Positions 42,791 to 55,877 of a DNA stretch of 64,000 nucleotides are shown piece by piece. Under the pieces are notes generated by a model, which was given only the letters and a program-made list of their open reading frames with translations, had not been told where the DNA came from and made no database searches. Position 1 is the stretch's first letter; every line of letters begins with the position of its first letter. Both the position numbers and the translations under genes were made by a program. The DNA comes from the human T2T-CHM13v2.0 reference genome, Homo sapiens. The DNA lies in assembly GCF_009914755.1 (NCBI RefSeq), contig NC_060932.1. One strand, written 5' to 3'.

Positions 42791-45009
42791 ATCAGGAACA
42801 AAATTATACTCAGACATGCTTCTTTCACATTTTCCTTCCTTGTAAAACCTGGATCACTTGCTACTGCAATTAGTTGATGCCAATTTGAAATTCTTCTTGG
42901 AAACTATCATAACTGTGTAAGCACCTTTAATTTACTGCACAGAAAAACGGAAGCCATTTAAGTTTCACGAAAATTGAAAAGAAAGCAGTTCAGTCTCAGT
43001 AAATGTATGGTAATATGCTGAATACAATTTTTTTAAAGAAATGTTAATCTGAGATTCCATTATTTCATTTAATAGTACAGAAAGCTTATTAAGCTAAGAA
43101 TAATTATACTAAATAGTAAACCACAGACATAAACTTTAGCAGTGCTATCTCGTTTAGCAGTGCTATCTCGACGATTACAATTTAATACCAGGAATGTATC
43201 ATGTAATGAATGCATATTGAAGATAGTCCATGTAAGGCTTCATACTATCAATTACAAAACAAAAGTAGTCTCCCATTTCACTCCTATGTGGGAGGAGTTC
43301 TACATCCATCACATTTTCCACATTTACCATCTGTGATAAGTTCTAGCTCAATAAACTTGAAGTTCAATAAACTTGAAGCACAGAAAGTAAGCAACAAAGA
43401 ACAAAAGAAAACAGCAAACTAAATTGTAAATTATCAAATATACAACATGCTTTACCAAAAAGAGGTGTTCAGAAAATATACTTTCTATTTGTTTAAGTGC
43501 AAGTAAAATCAGCATAAAATGTTGAACCTGACTCATAAGTAACTATAAAGCAATTGTTGGTAATATTGAGCTCAAATTGGGACTAGTAATTAGCAAAACA
43601 AACTATCAGAGAGGGAGTTATTTCCCTAGGAAGCATGGCTTCAGGCTCCCACTCCTGAAGTTCGGCCAACTAATCAACCTTCTATTCAACATATAGCCTG
43701 TGGCTCGCCTTTTGCCTCAGAGCATCTATTTTTGAAGAAAATCATATTGTAACAAACAAGTAATTCTGATTGAAAATGCAAGGCAGAGCTAGGAGGAAAT
43801 TTGGTTTCTGCCTAACCAGCAAGCAGCTCTTGGTTTATATAGACTTTGCAATTTTAGGTCCTCAATATTTGCACAAAATTATGAATTTTTATAAATGTTT
43901 GAATCTCAAAAGGACCAACATGATCAAGCAAAAGACAGAACCATAAAAATATTCAGAGCCACAACTGATACAACCATGCTTTTGATTTCCAAAGGCTTAA
44001 CAAGGAATAAAGAATATCGCCCTCCAATTCTGAAAATGCACTTAACACTCATATATAATTACTTATTCTCTATCTCCTTCGTATGTCTGCATTTCTCAAA
44101 AACAACAATAATTATAGCCATTATCTAAAAATCATATCATAAATTACACTTCAATTTTATAGCCTTCATTACAGAAACACAGTTAATAACACGAGGTTGG
44201 TTGGCACAGTATCCTCTTCATCCACATCCTATCATTTAAAAAAGTGGGAATAAAAAAATTTGAAACATTTGAATGAATTAAGTGAGAAATGTGACACAGA
44301 AATACCTGTGTGTTATCACTTCTAGATATGGAATTAGAAAAAAAGTAATATAATATGAGAGAACATGACACTTGGAAGAATAATACATTTATAATAAACA
44401 AATATGTCATAGACAGAAAGTGACAAGAGCATAAGAAATGTATTTTTTCAGCATAAAACAATTATAGGTGTGCCAGTAGTACCAATGTCCTATTGTAATA
44501 TTTAAGGATACATGCACCATTAGCTCTGGACTAGCAGGGTTCCTTCACAACTGGTAGAGGCTCTCAAGTGTCTAGAAGTGCTCCTGTATCTTTACCTTCT
44601 ACCACAGCATCTTGTAGGAATTTCTAAACTATTATCCCATGATTTCTTCACAGCTGATTAGAAACTCCAACAGAAGAGCAAATTGGAAACTCCAGCACAG
44701 AGGTGAATTTCCAATTTCCAACACAGTTCAGTATGGTCAATACACTAAACCTTCTCCAGCTTAGACTCATAATGTTAGAACCAGGTCATGTCTTTGAGGT
44801 GTAAAATAACCTCTATCAGCTCCATAGTAGTAAGTTCCATTAGTACAAAGGCTCTTGTGTTCATCTCTGTATCCTTAGTTGGCTACATCACATAGGAAAC
44901 ACTCAAAAAGACAACAGGATCTTAAAATACAGACTGTTTCTTCAATCTACATTCTTTTTTTTTTTCATTTAATTTCATCTCATGTCAATAGCTAGATCCA
45001 TCCACATTG

Positions 45010-45560
45010 TCCTTTTTTAAGTGTGCATGCTTTTCCATGCCATGGTATATTATAGTGTGTTCAGCAAATCCCATGCTATCACATATCTCAATTGCTTCCA
45101 ATCTTCCTCCCTCCCTTTCTCTCTTCCATTCTCCTCCCTTTCTCCCTTTCCTTCCTCTAATACAATCAATACTGTGATGAACATCCAAGTGTTTGATATT
45201 CCTTTTAACAAAATTACTACAAGTGGTCCTGATAGATTTCTGGCAAACAAAGTATGCTGATTTAAAATTCTGATCTATATTGCCAAATAGATGCCTCAAA
45301 AGATACAGCAATTTACATCAAAGTACTCACTAGCCTACACCTATGCAATGTGATATAGAAAGATAGAGTTTCATTTTCATTCAAATTTATATTCCTTTTC
45401 TCAATAGTGATGTTGAAATTCACATAATATGCTTATCGGAGATACGTATTTCTTCATTTTTGAGCTGTATTGACTCAGTTTTAGTGACATAACTCAATTT
45501 TTTCAAAAAACAATTTTAAACACATAGTAAATTGAATCATAAAACCTATAAGTATTACTA
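45010..45560 (-). mobile_element. Ancient L1ME-type fragment
   Basis: aattgcttccaatct...aatactgtgatgaacatcc...tatattgccaaatagatgcctcaaaagatacagcaatttacatc. Confidence 0.6.
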
Positions 45561-45671
45561 GCCTTTTAACATTGTTTGATTTCCCCATGCTTGCTTGTGG
45601 GTGGAGCAGTTAAATTTTCAACATGAGCACAAAGGATACGTTAGAAAATTCTACTTTAAAAATATTATTCA

Positions 45672-45963
<292 letters not shown>

Positions 45964-46149
45964 GTATATATATATGTATATATGTATATAAATGTATATA
46001 TGTATATATGTGTATATATGTGTAGATGTGTATATATGTATGTGTATATATGTATACAAATGTATATATGTATATATGTGTATATATGTATATAAATGTA
46101 TACATGTATATATGTGTATATATGTATATATATGTATATATGTATTTAC
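45964..46149. repeat. (TATATG/TGTA)n low-complexity expansion in the Alu tail
   Basis: About 185 bp of mostly alternating purine-pyrimidine TA/TG sequence. Confidence 0.95.
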
Positions 46150-47329
46150 ATATTATTCAGCTAACTTAATAAACAGTTTTGAACATATACTATGCACAAG
46201 CCACGAGTATTTTGGGGGGAAAAATAATAAATCAGGCATAATTTCCTGGCATGCCTTTATGTTTTCCAGTTACCTTAAAAAATCATTAAACAATAAGTAC
46301 AACACTTTACACAGTCAATAAATTTGTTATTAAAATAACAATTGTCAGTTAAACAAATATTAATTGAACACTTCGTCAAAACTATGATTGAATTAAACAT
46401 TTATCATGCTCTTACGTAACTTGTAGTCTGGTACAGGAGGCAACAACAGGAAAGACATTAACTACAATTCAAGTGAAAAATTATTAAGTGAGTTAAAGAT
46501 TACTTTGAGTTGGAAAGTTTCCATAGACAAAATGTATCTGACCAGAAGCTGATAGATACAAGCAATATATAGTGGTTTGCACAGTGAAAAAATAAAATAA
46601 AATGAAACAAAACTTATTTTCCCTATAACTTAATCCCAAGAATGGGGCTGATCAGTGGGAAAAAACAAGTCCCTCACCCACCAAACAAAACAAAGCAAAA
46701 CAAAACAAAACAAAGATTTGTCTGATAATTTCTTAAGGCATTTGGGTATTTTATAAAATTTTGTATCTAAATATTCCCCTTTTCATACGAATATGTCTAT
46801 ATTTAACAGCATTAATAACATAACAGTCTATATTTAACAGACAGCTAGGACATTAATAATACATCAACAGAATAAATAAGTAGCAAAGGAAAGTTCTTAA
46901 ACAGAAAGCAATAATGTGTAAAAGGTTTTGCTTTTAATAAATAAAGCCAGAATGATCAATGACAACATGACGTAAACCTCAAATATATTTCTTAGAAGAT
47001 TCTCTCCACATCATTTGATCACAGCATCAGAAAGTCCTCAGAAGAGTGTTATATTTTTAAAAAGGACCAGATAGCTTCACAATTCCCAGGTAGTAAAATG
47101 GTTTTTTACTTCCCAATGAAGCAGAGGCGAGGCACATTAGAGGTAGGAGAATACAGCAGAGTTCACAGGGAGTGAATCATATTCATATGTATATACTCTA
47201 ATGGCATAGTATTTGCTTTAATTTGCTTTAAATTTCAAAGGTGTTCAGGGATTTTCTTCTGTTCATACTGAAGATGACTGTGAAAGTCAGACAGATTAAA
47301 ATTAAGCACAAATCCCAATTCCATTTAGA

Positions 47330-47480
47330 AGTTTGTGTTCTCAGAAATTCACTTTACCTCTCTGAGCTTCTCTGCCTAATCTATAGCTTTCAACAGGGAG
47401 ATGAAATGAAATACCATACAAAACACCTAGCAGAGTGTCCAACATAAATGAAGCACCCAGTAATGGTAGTTATTATTATT
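47330..47480 (+). mobile_element. MIR fragment
   Basis: tcactttacctctctgagcttc...aaaacacctagcagagtgtccaacataaatgaagcacccagtaatggtagttattatt. Confidence 0.65.
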
Positions 47481-50189
47481 TAGAAGTTTAAATATAAGTA
47501 AAGAAATCAACATTAAAATGGCTGGCTGGCAGAGTTTCTGTACTCTTTTATTATAGAGTTTACAGGAGATAATGTCAGTTGTAATTTATGCTATGAAATG
47601 GACTAATTTATGCACAGAAGAATAAATGTTAATAAGGCATGAGAAACCTGATGCCTTCTTAGGTATGTGGAATTTTTATCTGGGTAAAGATTGATTTTTA
47701 TTGTCCTCATTTTAAGCTACCATAGGTCAGAAATATATCTGGAAGGCTATATCAAATCTCTTAATGTGTAACCTCTCGAAAAATGCATGCATGCAAAGAA
47801 TGCATATATTATATTCAGGGCCATTTTTCGGCATACATATATCTCTATTTTTAAGCCCTTTCATTAACAAGTTTTAAAATAGAAAGCTTCTTTTAAAAGG
47901 TTTCTTTCTACAAATGATAATACTTGAATTGATGAACCTCTTCTGAAGTGCCAATCTAGCATAATTAGTTAACAGGACTTGCTGTTGTGTAATTTTTCAT
48001 GCTAATGATTTGATTCAATATGAACACTAAATTTACGTGCATGTCAGCCATTAAAATAAGTCGACAGAATTATTAGCATTGGTTAGAAAGTAGGTTGACT
48101 AGAAAATATTTAAATATACTTTAGGAGAAAATATTAAATGCCCTTCTTTTTACCATTATAGAGAGAAAGTATTAGGTTGCATTTATATTTTAGAATTTGT
48201 TATTTGCCTTTTCTTTCCTGTAAATATGCTGTTTATCTTTCTACAAGCCCATTTTCAAGTAAAAGTGATGAAATATGCAGAAAAATGTAACGGTTTGGCA
48301 AATAAGATATACACAGATTTGACTTGTTTGCCCGTTTACAGATCAGATATTTCAGGTTTATAAATAGCTGTTGTAAAGGCTGGTTGCCACCAAAAATTAA
48401 TGAAATTAAGAAGCAAACGCAAACTAGCCAAGTACTATTCATCAAATGCATTGAGTTTAAATTTCAAACTGTCTCAAAACTTTTGTAGTGCTAACAAACA
48501 GAGGTTATAACTTGGCTTATAGATCCCTCACTTTACTATAAAAATCAACCCCCCCCCACTCTTCTGCAACAAAACCCATACAGAGTAATTATATTTTTTA
48601 CTTGTCCTTAACTATCACAAGGGCTTAGAATATGATGGAAGTGAAGTGATATTGTTTCATGATTCAAACACTAGAGAGCCTCATCTAACTGTACCAGATC
48701 ATCAAAAAACTAGGGCATAAAAACTATTATGAGAATTCTATTCATTCTGAAATCTGAGCAACTACTTTCAGTGTTTGAAGAAGCTCCTGTCTGCTCATCT
48801 CAAATAAAGAGGATAACTATTTGAGAAACAGAGATTGACTATGTTTAGAACTGCTTTCAGGAACACAGTGGAAACCTGGATAAGTATATCTGCTGAGACA
48901 GTCATCTGTTTTTCCCCCCTCTGAGTTTTTCTAAAATATCTTGGTATAACTCAAATACCAAACTTTTGGCTTCAGCCTTCGATTATGAAGATTTCTACTG
49001 AGTACCCTGTGAGATAAGGTAATGCAAAGGCACAGTGAAGAATGTAGTGAAGGAAAACAGTTCTTGGAAAATTTCGGTAAGTTTAGGAAGACAGTATAAT
49101 GGTACAAATGAACAGAATACAGGGCAGAATAGGACATGGCTTCCACCTGTCCCTTGCAAAATGCTAAGGAAGTACAGAGGAGGAAAAGAATCCTTGAGAT
49201 AACGTGGATGTTGGGGGAAGTGATCCCAGATTGAGTATAAACTGGGGACTCAGTCAGGACTGCAAGTTGATCTATTTTGGTGAACCATTCTTTAAAATCA
49301 GGTCATTAGCTTTGCTCTTTGAATAATATCTTTTAATAGCAACTAACCATTCATTCAATGAGGGCAAAAACAAATCATTTCAAATAAGAATTAATATGTG
49401 TATGTTTAGTTGTTTAAAGTCCTAGCTTGCTGCAGTTTGGTGATGTATAAGGTGAAATTTAACCTACATATGCAAATGGATTTCACTGAATCCTAACTAA
49501 ACATATAGGTCAATTTTGGCTGTACAAAGTCTTACAGTTATAAGTAAGTAAATTAATTTTTTTTTACATTACAAAGTAGTTTTCCTTATTTCAATTACTA
49601 CGAATATCTAAAATACTTAAAGTAAAAAATAAACAATTCATTACAATCATTAACAATGACTACATCTTCTCTGGCAAACATCACAATACTAGGAGAGCAC
49701 ATTCTGTCCCAATACTTTCAAGTTTAACTGAATAAACATAGGCCTTTTAGTGTTCCTTAAACCCCAACAAAGTTGGGATACATCAATTTAATAGAAGAAG
49801 GAAGTCCCTAAGGCAAGGTAACTCTTTGATTTCTTTTTGGTTCTTTTCATCAAAGATCAAATCTAGAGAGTGTATGAAAATAGCTTCAGTTGACCATCAA
49901 CATGGTTACAGCAACAAAAGAAACAAGAATACAACCTCAATAATGAGGATCCATATCCTGTGGGCATTTTAGATAAAAGAACCCCACCTTAACTGAAACC
50001 AAAATGCACAGAAAGCCATGGGAAAACCCACAAAGAAAATTAATGTAATTATTTCCATGTGATCAATATAACTGGTTGTATAACTTACTATCTTTAGTAA
50101 TAAGCAGTAGCAATTTGCCTTTTACATATGAGTTTTATTTAACTGCCTTGAACTGTAAATGCATAAACATTGTCATTCCATATAAGTAG

Positions 50190-50310
50190 GTCTTGTCCTT
50201 TTGAGGAGCAGACATCATACCTTATTTATCCTCATGTTTCCAGAACCTAACTGAACAGATACTAGCACAGAATAAACACTCAGTCACTTTCTGCTGAATG
50301 GATAAAGTGA
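50190..50310 (+). mobile_element. L2 3' end
   Basis: tttgaggagcagac...ccttatttatcctcatgtttccagaaccta...aaacactcagtcactttctgctgaatggat. Confidence 0.55.
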
Positions 50311-50324
50311 GAGAGGAAGTAAAA

Positions 50325-50840
50325 AACTATACTTATTGGTGATTAGAATGTTCTAGGCATCACCTTAGATTCTTTGCTTATGCCTTTTTAATTTAATTCT
50401 AGGCTGAGCACGGTGTCTCATGCTTATAATCCCAGCACTTTGGGAGGTTGGGCAGGTGGATCGCTTGAGTCCAGGAGTGTAAGACCGGCCTGGGCAACAT
50501 GGTGAGACCCCATCTCTATAAAAAAATACAAAAATTAACCAGGCATGGTGGCATGCACCTGTGTTCTCAGCTAACTTGGGAGGCTGATGTGGGAGGATCA
50601 CCTGAGCCTGGAGGTCAAGGCTTCAGTGAGCTGTAATCATGCTACTGCACTCCAGCCTGGGTGACAGAGTGAGACCTTGTCTCAAAAAAAAAAAAAAAAA
50701 AATTAATTGTAAGTATCATCCTATGATAAATAATCATCTCCATTTTACAGATGAGATTTAAGCTCCAAGTGGTTAAGTAACTTGCCCAAGCTCACAGCAA
50801 GGAAGTGGCAAGGTCAATATTAACATTCTGGTCTAATTCC
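50325..50840 (-). mobile_element. MIR interrupted by AluJ
   Basis: atctccattttacagatgag...ggttaagtaacttgcccaagctcacagc downstream of the Alu and a MIR-tail-like segment upstream. Confidence 0.7.
50402..50702 (+). mobile_element. AluJ
   Basis: ggatcgcttgagtccaggag, gggaggatcacctgagcctggaggtcaaggc, gagaccttgtctc, then poly-A. Confidence 0.93.
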
Positions 50841-52081
50841 CAAACATTTGTGGATAGACACTGACACTGCAGGCATGTATGAAAAGGTGCTATCTCCATC
50901 TATTCTAAGCCAGCTAGAGGTATGTATGCATATCAGATTGCAAATTTGATCCGCAGAATTGAACACAGCAAAGAAATTACACCACAATCAGCTCCCAGTA
51001 GCCTCTAAAGATGAGTAATTTTTGAAAAGCATATAAAAGATACAAACTGGATTTTCTCCAGACAGGATACTACAGAGAACAGGAGAGGATATTTCCCAGC
51101 TCCAAAAATGCTTTCACAGAAAAATGTGTATTTGACTCATAGTGGCTTTGTAAAATATATGATTTCTCTTATTAATCATTGTAATGTTAATTCTGGAGAA
51201 AAATATAACAATCTTCTTCTTGTTACAGAATGGGATGAGGTCATGATAAATCAAATAGTTTAGAATAATGAAAGCACTTTTGCCATTAAAATAAACCAAC
51301 ATCAATGTATCTCAAAACAAGGCATACTACATCCAAACTAGAAAATCTAAACATTCCTCCCATCTTTACCACTGTTAACAATGCCATGTGTCTTCATTAG
51401 CTAAAGCTTAAAAAAAAATCTGTTAGACAAAATACAGGTAAACACAATATCATAATATGACTAATATATATTCAATTTCAGAATCTAATATTAAAGATTC
51501 AAAAAAGTTTAAATCTTTAATATTTCATATTTCCAAATTTTATCTGAGAGAGGCAAGTCAAATATCATGTCCCCATGATAGAAGTAATAGCTATAGTACT
51601 TAGATGCTGAAGACTTCTCTAACACATCCTTCAAGAGGCAAATAAGGACACAAAGTCAGTTGTCCTTTGTCCTGCTTCCTTTCACTTCTTTAGTTTCTTG
51701 CTTTGATATTTAGGGTTTGTTATCTGTTTAGCAATGTTATTATAAAAGTATTCTTTCTGAGAAGGTCAGCTTCATCTAAAAGAGCTTCAAAAATGACTTT
51801 TTTCCTGGAAATCACACCAATTAATGTGATGTCCTACAATGCTATTTTCAAAATCTGACAGTAGGGGTAAGATGCCATACTAATTTTCCAATTTTATCTC
51901 ATTGACAGAACATTTAAAAACTGCTACAATAGTGCTTGATGCACTTCAGGAAATTTTCCAGAAGTAGTTCTTGAATGAAGAACACAATGTTCTTCCACCA
52001 CCAGTCTTGGAGAATCAGTTGTCCTGAGGCATTAGCTCTAAAACTACATTTCTTTTTGCAGTTATGGATACTGCAGCTCCT

Positions 52082-52671
52082 TGTAGTAGGCAGAATTGTA
52101 AGATGACCTCCAAGATTCCTGGGTCCTCCTGTACATACACTTTCTCTCAGTTATTCAATAACACTGATCTAGGACCTGTTCTGAAGGGCTTTGACAGATG
52201 AAATTTAGGTCCCAAATAGTTGACCTTACAACAGGAGGTTATCCAATTGGGCTTGATATACACACACAAGCCCTGAGTTTTGTTTGGCTGGTCTCAGAAG
52301 AGGAAGTCAGAGAGATGTGCATCACCTGGCCTGAAAGAAAGCACACATCTATGAGGGCCACATGGGAACTGCCCATAGGGGCTTGACAGTGGTCTCCGGC
52401 CAACAGCTACAAGGAAAATGGGGACCTCAGTTCTATGGATGCAAGGAAATGAATTCTCCCAACAACCAGAGAGCTTGGAAAAGTACTCTGAGCCCAGATG
52501 AGAACCACGGCCCAGCTGACATCTCAATTTCAGCGTAGTGAGACCCTGAACAGAACATCCAGTCATGCTGTGCCCAGTCTCCTGCCCTACAAAAAACTGT
52601 GAGATAATTAATTTGCAGTATTTTAAGCTGCTACATTTGTAGTAATTTGTTACACACAGCAATAGAACATA
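52082..52671 (+). mobile_element. MLT1E-family MaLR solo LTR
   Basis: Starts tgtagtaggcagaattgtaagatgacctccaagattcc. Contains gcaaggaaatgaattctcccaacaacc and ccagatgagaac. Ends ttttaagctgctacatttgtagtaatttgttacacacagcaatagaacatac. Confidence 0.88.
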
Positions 52672-53136
52672 CGCCTCTTTAGTTTTACAGTGTACCCCAT
52701 GCTTGCTGAGTCATACCATATCCAAACAATGTAGTTACTATATATGTTGCCTATATATATCATCAATACTATATATAGTCACTCCGTGAGGGAATGTTAA
52801 AAAAAAAACTTCACCACGATCTATGCCAGTTTACTGAGAAGCTGAGGCGAAAAGGCACAGATATAGGAAACGGTTCTTTGAAAACCCAAGTTACAATCTG
52901 AGTCATCAGATGATTTTGAACAAAGAGATGATATAATTTGGGAAGCTGATCTTAGCAGGAACTGCAGGATGGTCAGGAGAGAGGAAATTCAGAGAACAGG
53001 AAGACCAGGTAGTAGGCAATAAATCAGGAGAGAAGAAAAGAGGCTTCTGATGAGCAGTGGAAATAAAAAGAAGAAATTAGTCATGTCACATTTGAAGGAA
53101 AACTCCATAAAATTATGCTCCTTCATTACATAGTGA

Positions 53137-55537
53137 CAGGCATACTTTGTCTTATTAGGCTTTGCTTTATTGTGCTTCACAAATACTGCATTTTTAACAA
53201 AATGTCAGTTTGTGGCAACCCTGCATCCTGCAAGTCTAAAGGAGCCATTTTCCCAACAGCACGTGCTCACTTCATGTCACAGTGTCACATTTTGGTAATT
53301 CTCACAATATTCCGAACTTTTTCATTATTACTATAGTATCTTTTATGGTGATGTGTGATCTGTGATCTTTGATGTTACTATTGTAATTGTTTCAGTGTGC
53401 TACGAACCACACTCATAAGGTAGCGTACTTAATAAGTGCTGCGTGTGTTCTGACTGCTCCACTGACCAGCCATTCCCTCATCTCTCTCCCTCTCCAAGGG
53501 TCTCCCTAATCCCTGAGATATGACAATATTGAACTTAGGCCAACTAATATCCCTACAGTAGCCTTTAAGTGTTCAAGTGAAAGGAAGAGCTGTCTCACTT
53601 TAAAGGAAAAAACAGAAATGATTAAGCTTAGTGAGGAAAGCACACCAAAAACTGAGACAGGCCGAAAGCTAGGCCTCTTGAGCTCAACAGTGAATTGTGA
53701 ATGCAAAGGCAAAGTTCTTGCAAGAAATTAAAAGTGCTAGTCACGTGAATATACAAATGATAAAATAGCAAAATTACCTCATTGCTAATATGAAGAAAGT
53801 TTTAATGGTCGGGATTGAAGTTCAAACCAGCCACAATATTCCCTTAAGCCAAAGTCTAACCCAAAGCAAGGCCCTAATTCTCTTCAATTCCATGAAGTCT
53901 GAGAGAGGTGAGGAAGCTGCAGAAGAAAAATCTTAATCTAGCAGAGGTTGGTTCATGAGGTTGAAGGAAAGAAGCCATCTCCATATAAAAGTATAAGGTT
54001 AAGAAGCAAGTGCTGAAGGAGAAACTCCAAGTTATCCCGAAGCTGTAGGAAAGGTGATTGATGAAGATAGCTGCAATAAACAATAGATTTTCAATGGAGA
54101 TAAGACAGTTTTCTACTGGTAAAAGGTGCCATCTAGGGCTATCATAGCTAGAGAAGAAAATTCAATGCCTGGACTCAAAGCTTCAAAGGACAGGCTGAGT
54201 CTCTTTTTAAGGGCTAATACAGCTGCTGACTTGAAATTCAAGCCAGTGCTCATTTATCATTCTAAAATACCTGGAGCCCTTAAGATTTATGCTAAATGTA
54301 CTCTGCCTGTTTTCTGTAATGGGACAGCAAAGCCTGGATGACAGCACATCTGTTACAGCATGGTTTACTGAATATTTGAAGCCCATTGTTGAGACCTACT
54401 TCTCAGAAAAAAAAAAAAGATTCCTTTCAAAAGATCACTGCTCATTGACAATGCACCTGGTTACCCCAGAGCTCTGATGGATATGTACAAAGAGATCAGT
54501 GTTTTTTTTCATTCCTGCAAAGACAGTATTTATCCTGCAGCCTGTGGACCCAGGAGTAATTAGGACTTTTCAAGTCTTATTATTCAAGAAATACATTTTA
54601 TAAGGCTGTAGCGGCCATAGATAGTGACTGCTCTGATGGATCTGGGCAAAGTCAATTGAAAACCTTCAAAAAAGGATTCACCACTCTAGATGGCATTAAG
54701 AACATTCGTAATTCGTGGGAGGAGGTTAAAATATTAACACTAACAGGAGTTTGTAAGAAGTTGATTCCAATCCTCAAGAATGACTTTGAGGATTTTAAGA
54801 CTTCACGTGGAGTAAGTAACTATAGATTTGGTGGAAATAGCAAGATAACTAGAATTACAAGTTGAGCCTGAAGATGTAACTGATTGCTGTAATCTCATGA
54901 TAACATTTGAACCAATAAGGAGTTGCTTCTTATGGATGAGCAAAAAAAGTGGTTTCTAAGAAGAAATCTAGTCCTAGTAAATATGCTGTGAATGTTGTTG
55001 AAATGAACAAAGGATTAAGAATATTACATCAACGTAGTTGACAAAGAAGAGGTAGGGTTTGAGAGGGTTGACTCCAATTTTGAATGAAGTTCTACTGTGG
55101 GTAAAATGTTATTGAATAGCATTGCATACTACAGGAAATCTTTCACGAAAAGAAGAGTCAATTGATGCATCAGACTTCACTGTTGTCTTATTTCAAGAAA
55201 CTGCCACAGCCACCCTCACCTTCAGCAGACACCACCCTGATCAGTCAGCAGCCATCAACATCAAGGCAAAATCCTCCACCAGACAAATGACTATGACTCC
55301 TTAGAGGCTTAGATAATCAATAAACATTTTTAGCAATAAGGTATTTTTAAATTAAGATATGCACACTCTTTCTTAAGACATAATGCTATTGTATACTTAG
55401 TACACTACAGTATAATGTAAACATAACTTTTATATGCACTGAGAAGCCAAAATATTCATGGGATTTGTTTTCTTTTGATACTCATTTTATTGCAGTGGTG
55501 TGGAACCAAGCCCACAGTTATCTCCAAGGTATGCCTG
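53137..55537 (+). mobile_element. Tigger1 (TcMar-Tigger/pogo) DNA transposon, essentially full length (2.4 kb)
   Basis: Terminal inverted repeats caggcatac...gtatgcctg. Interior follows the recalled Tigger1 consensus throughout. Confidence 0.96.
53558..54910 (+). pseudogene. Disrupted Tigger1 pogo-like (CENP-B HTH + DDE) transposase ORF
   Basis: Start codon lost (cctacaGTAgcctttaagtgttcaagtgaaagg). Fragments in different frames: [64 protein letters not shown]. Multiple stops and frameshifts. Confidence 0.9.
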
Positions 55538-55558
55538 TGTGATATAAATAAGACTACC

Positions 55559-55877
<319 letters not shown>

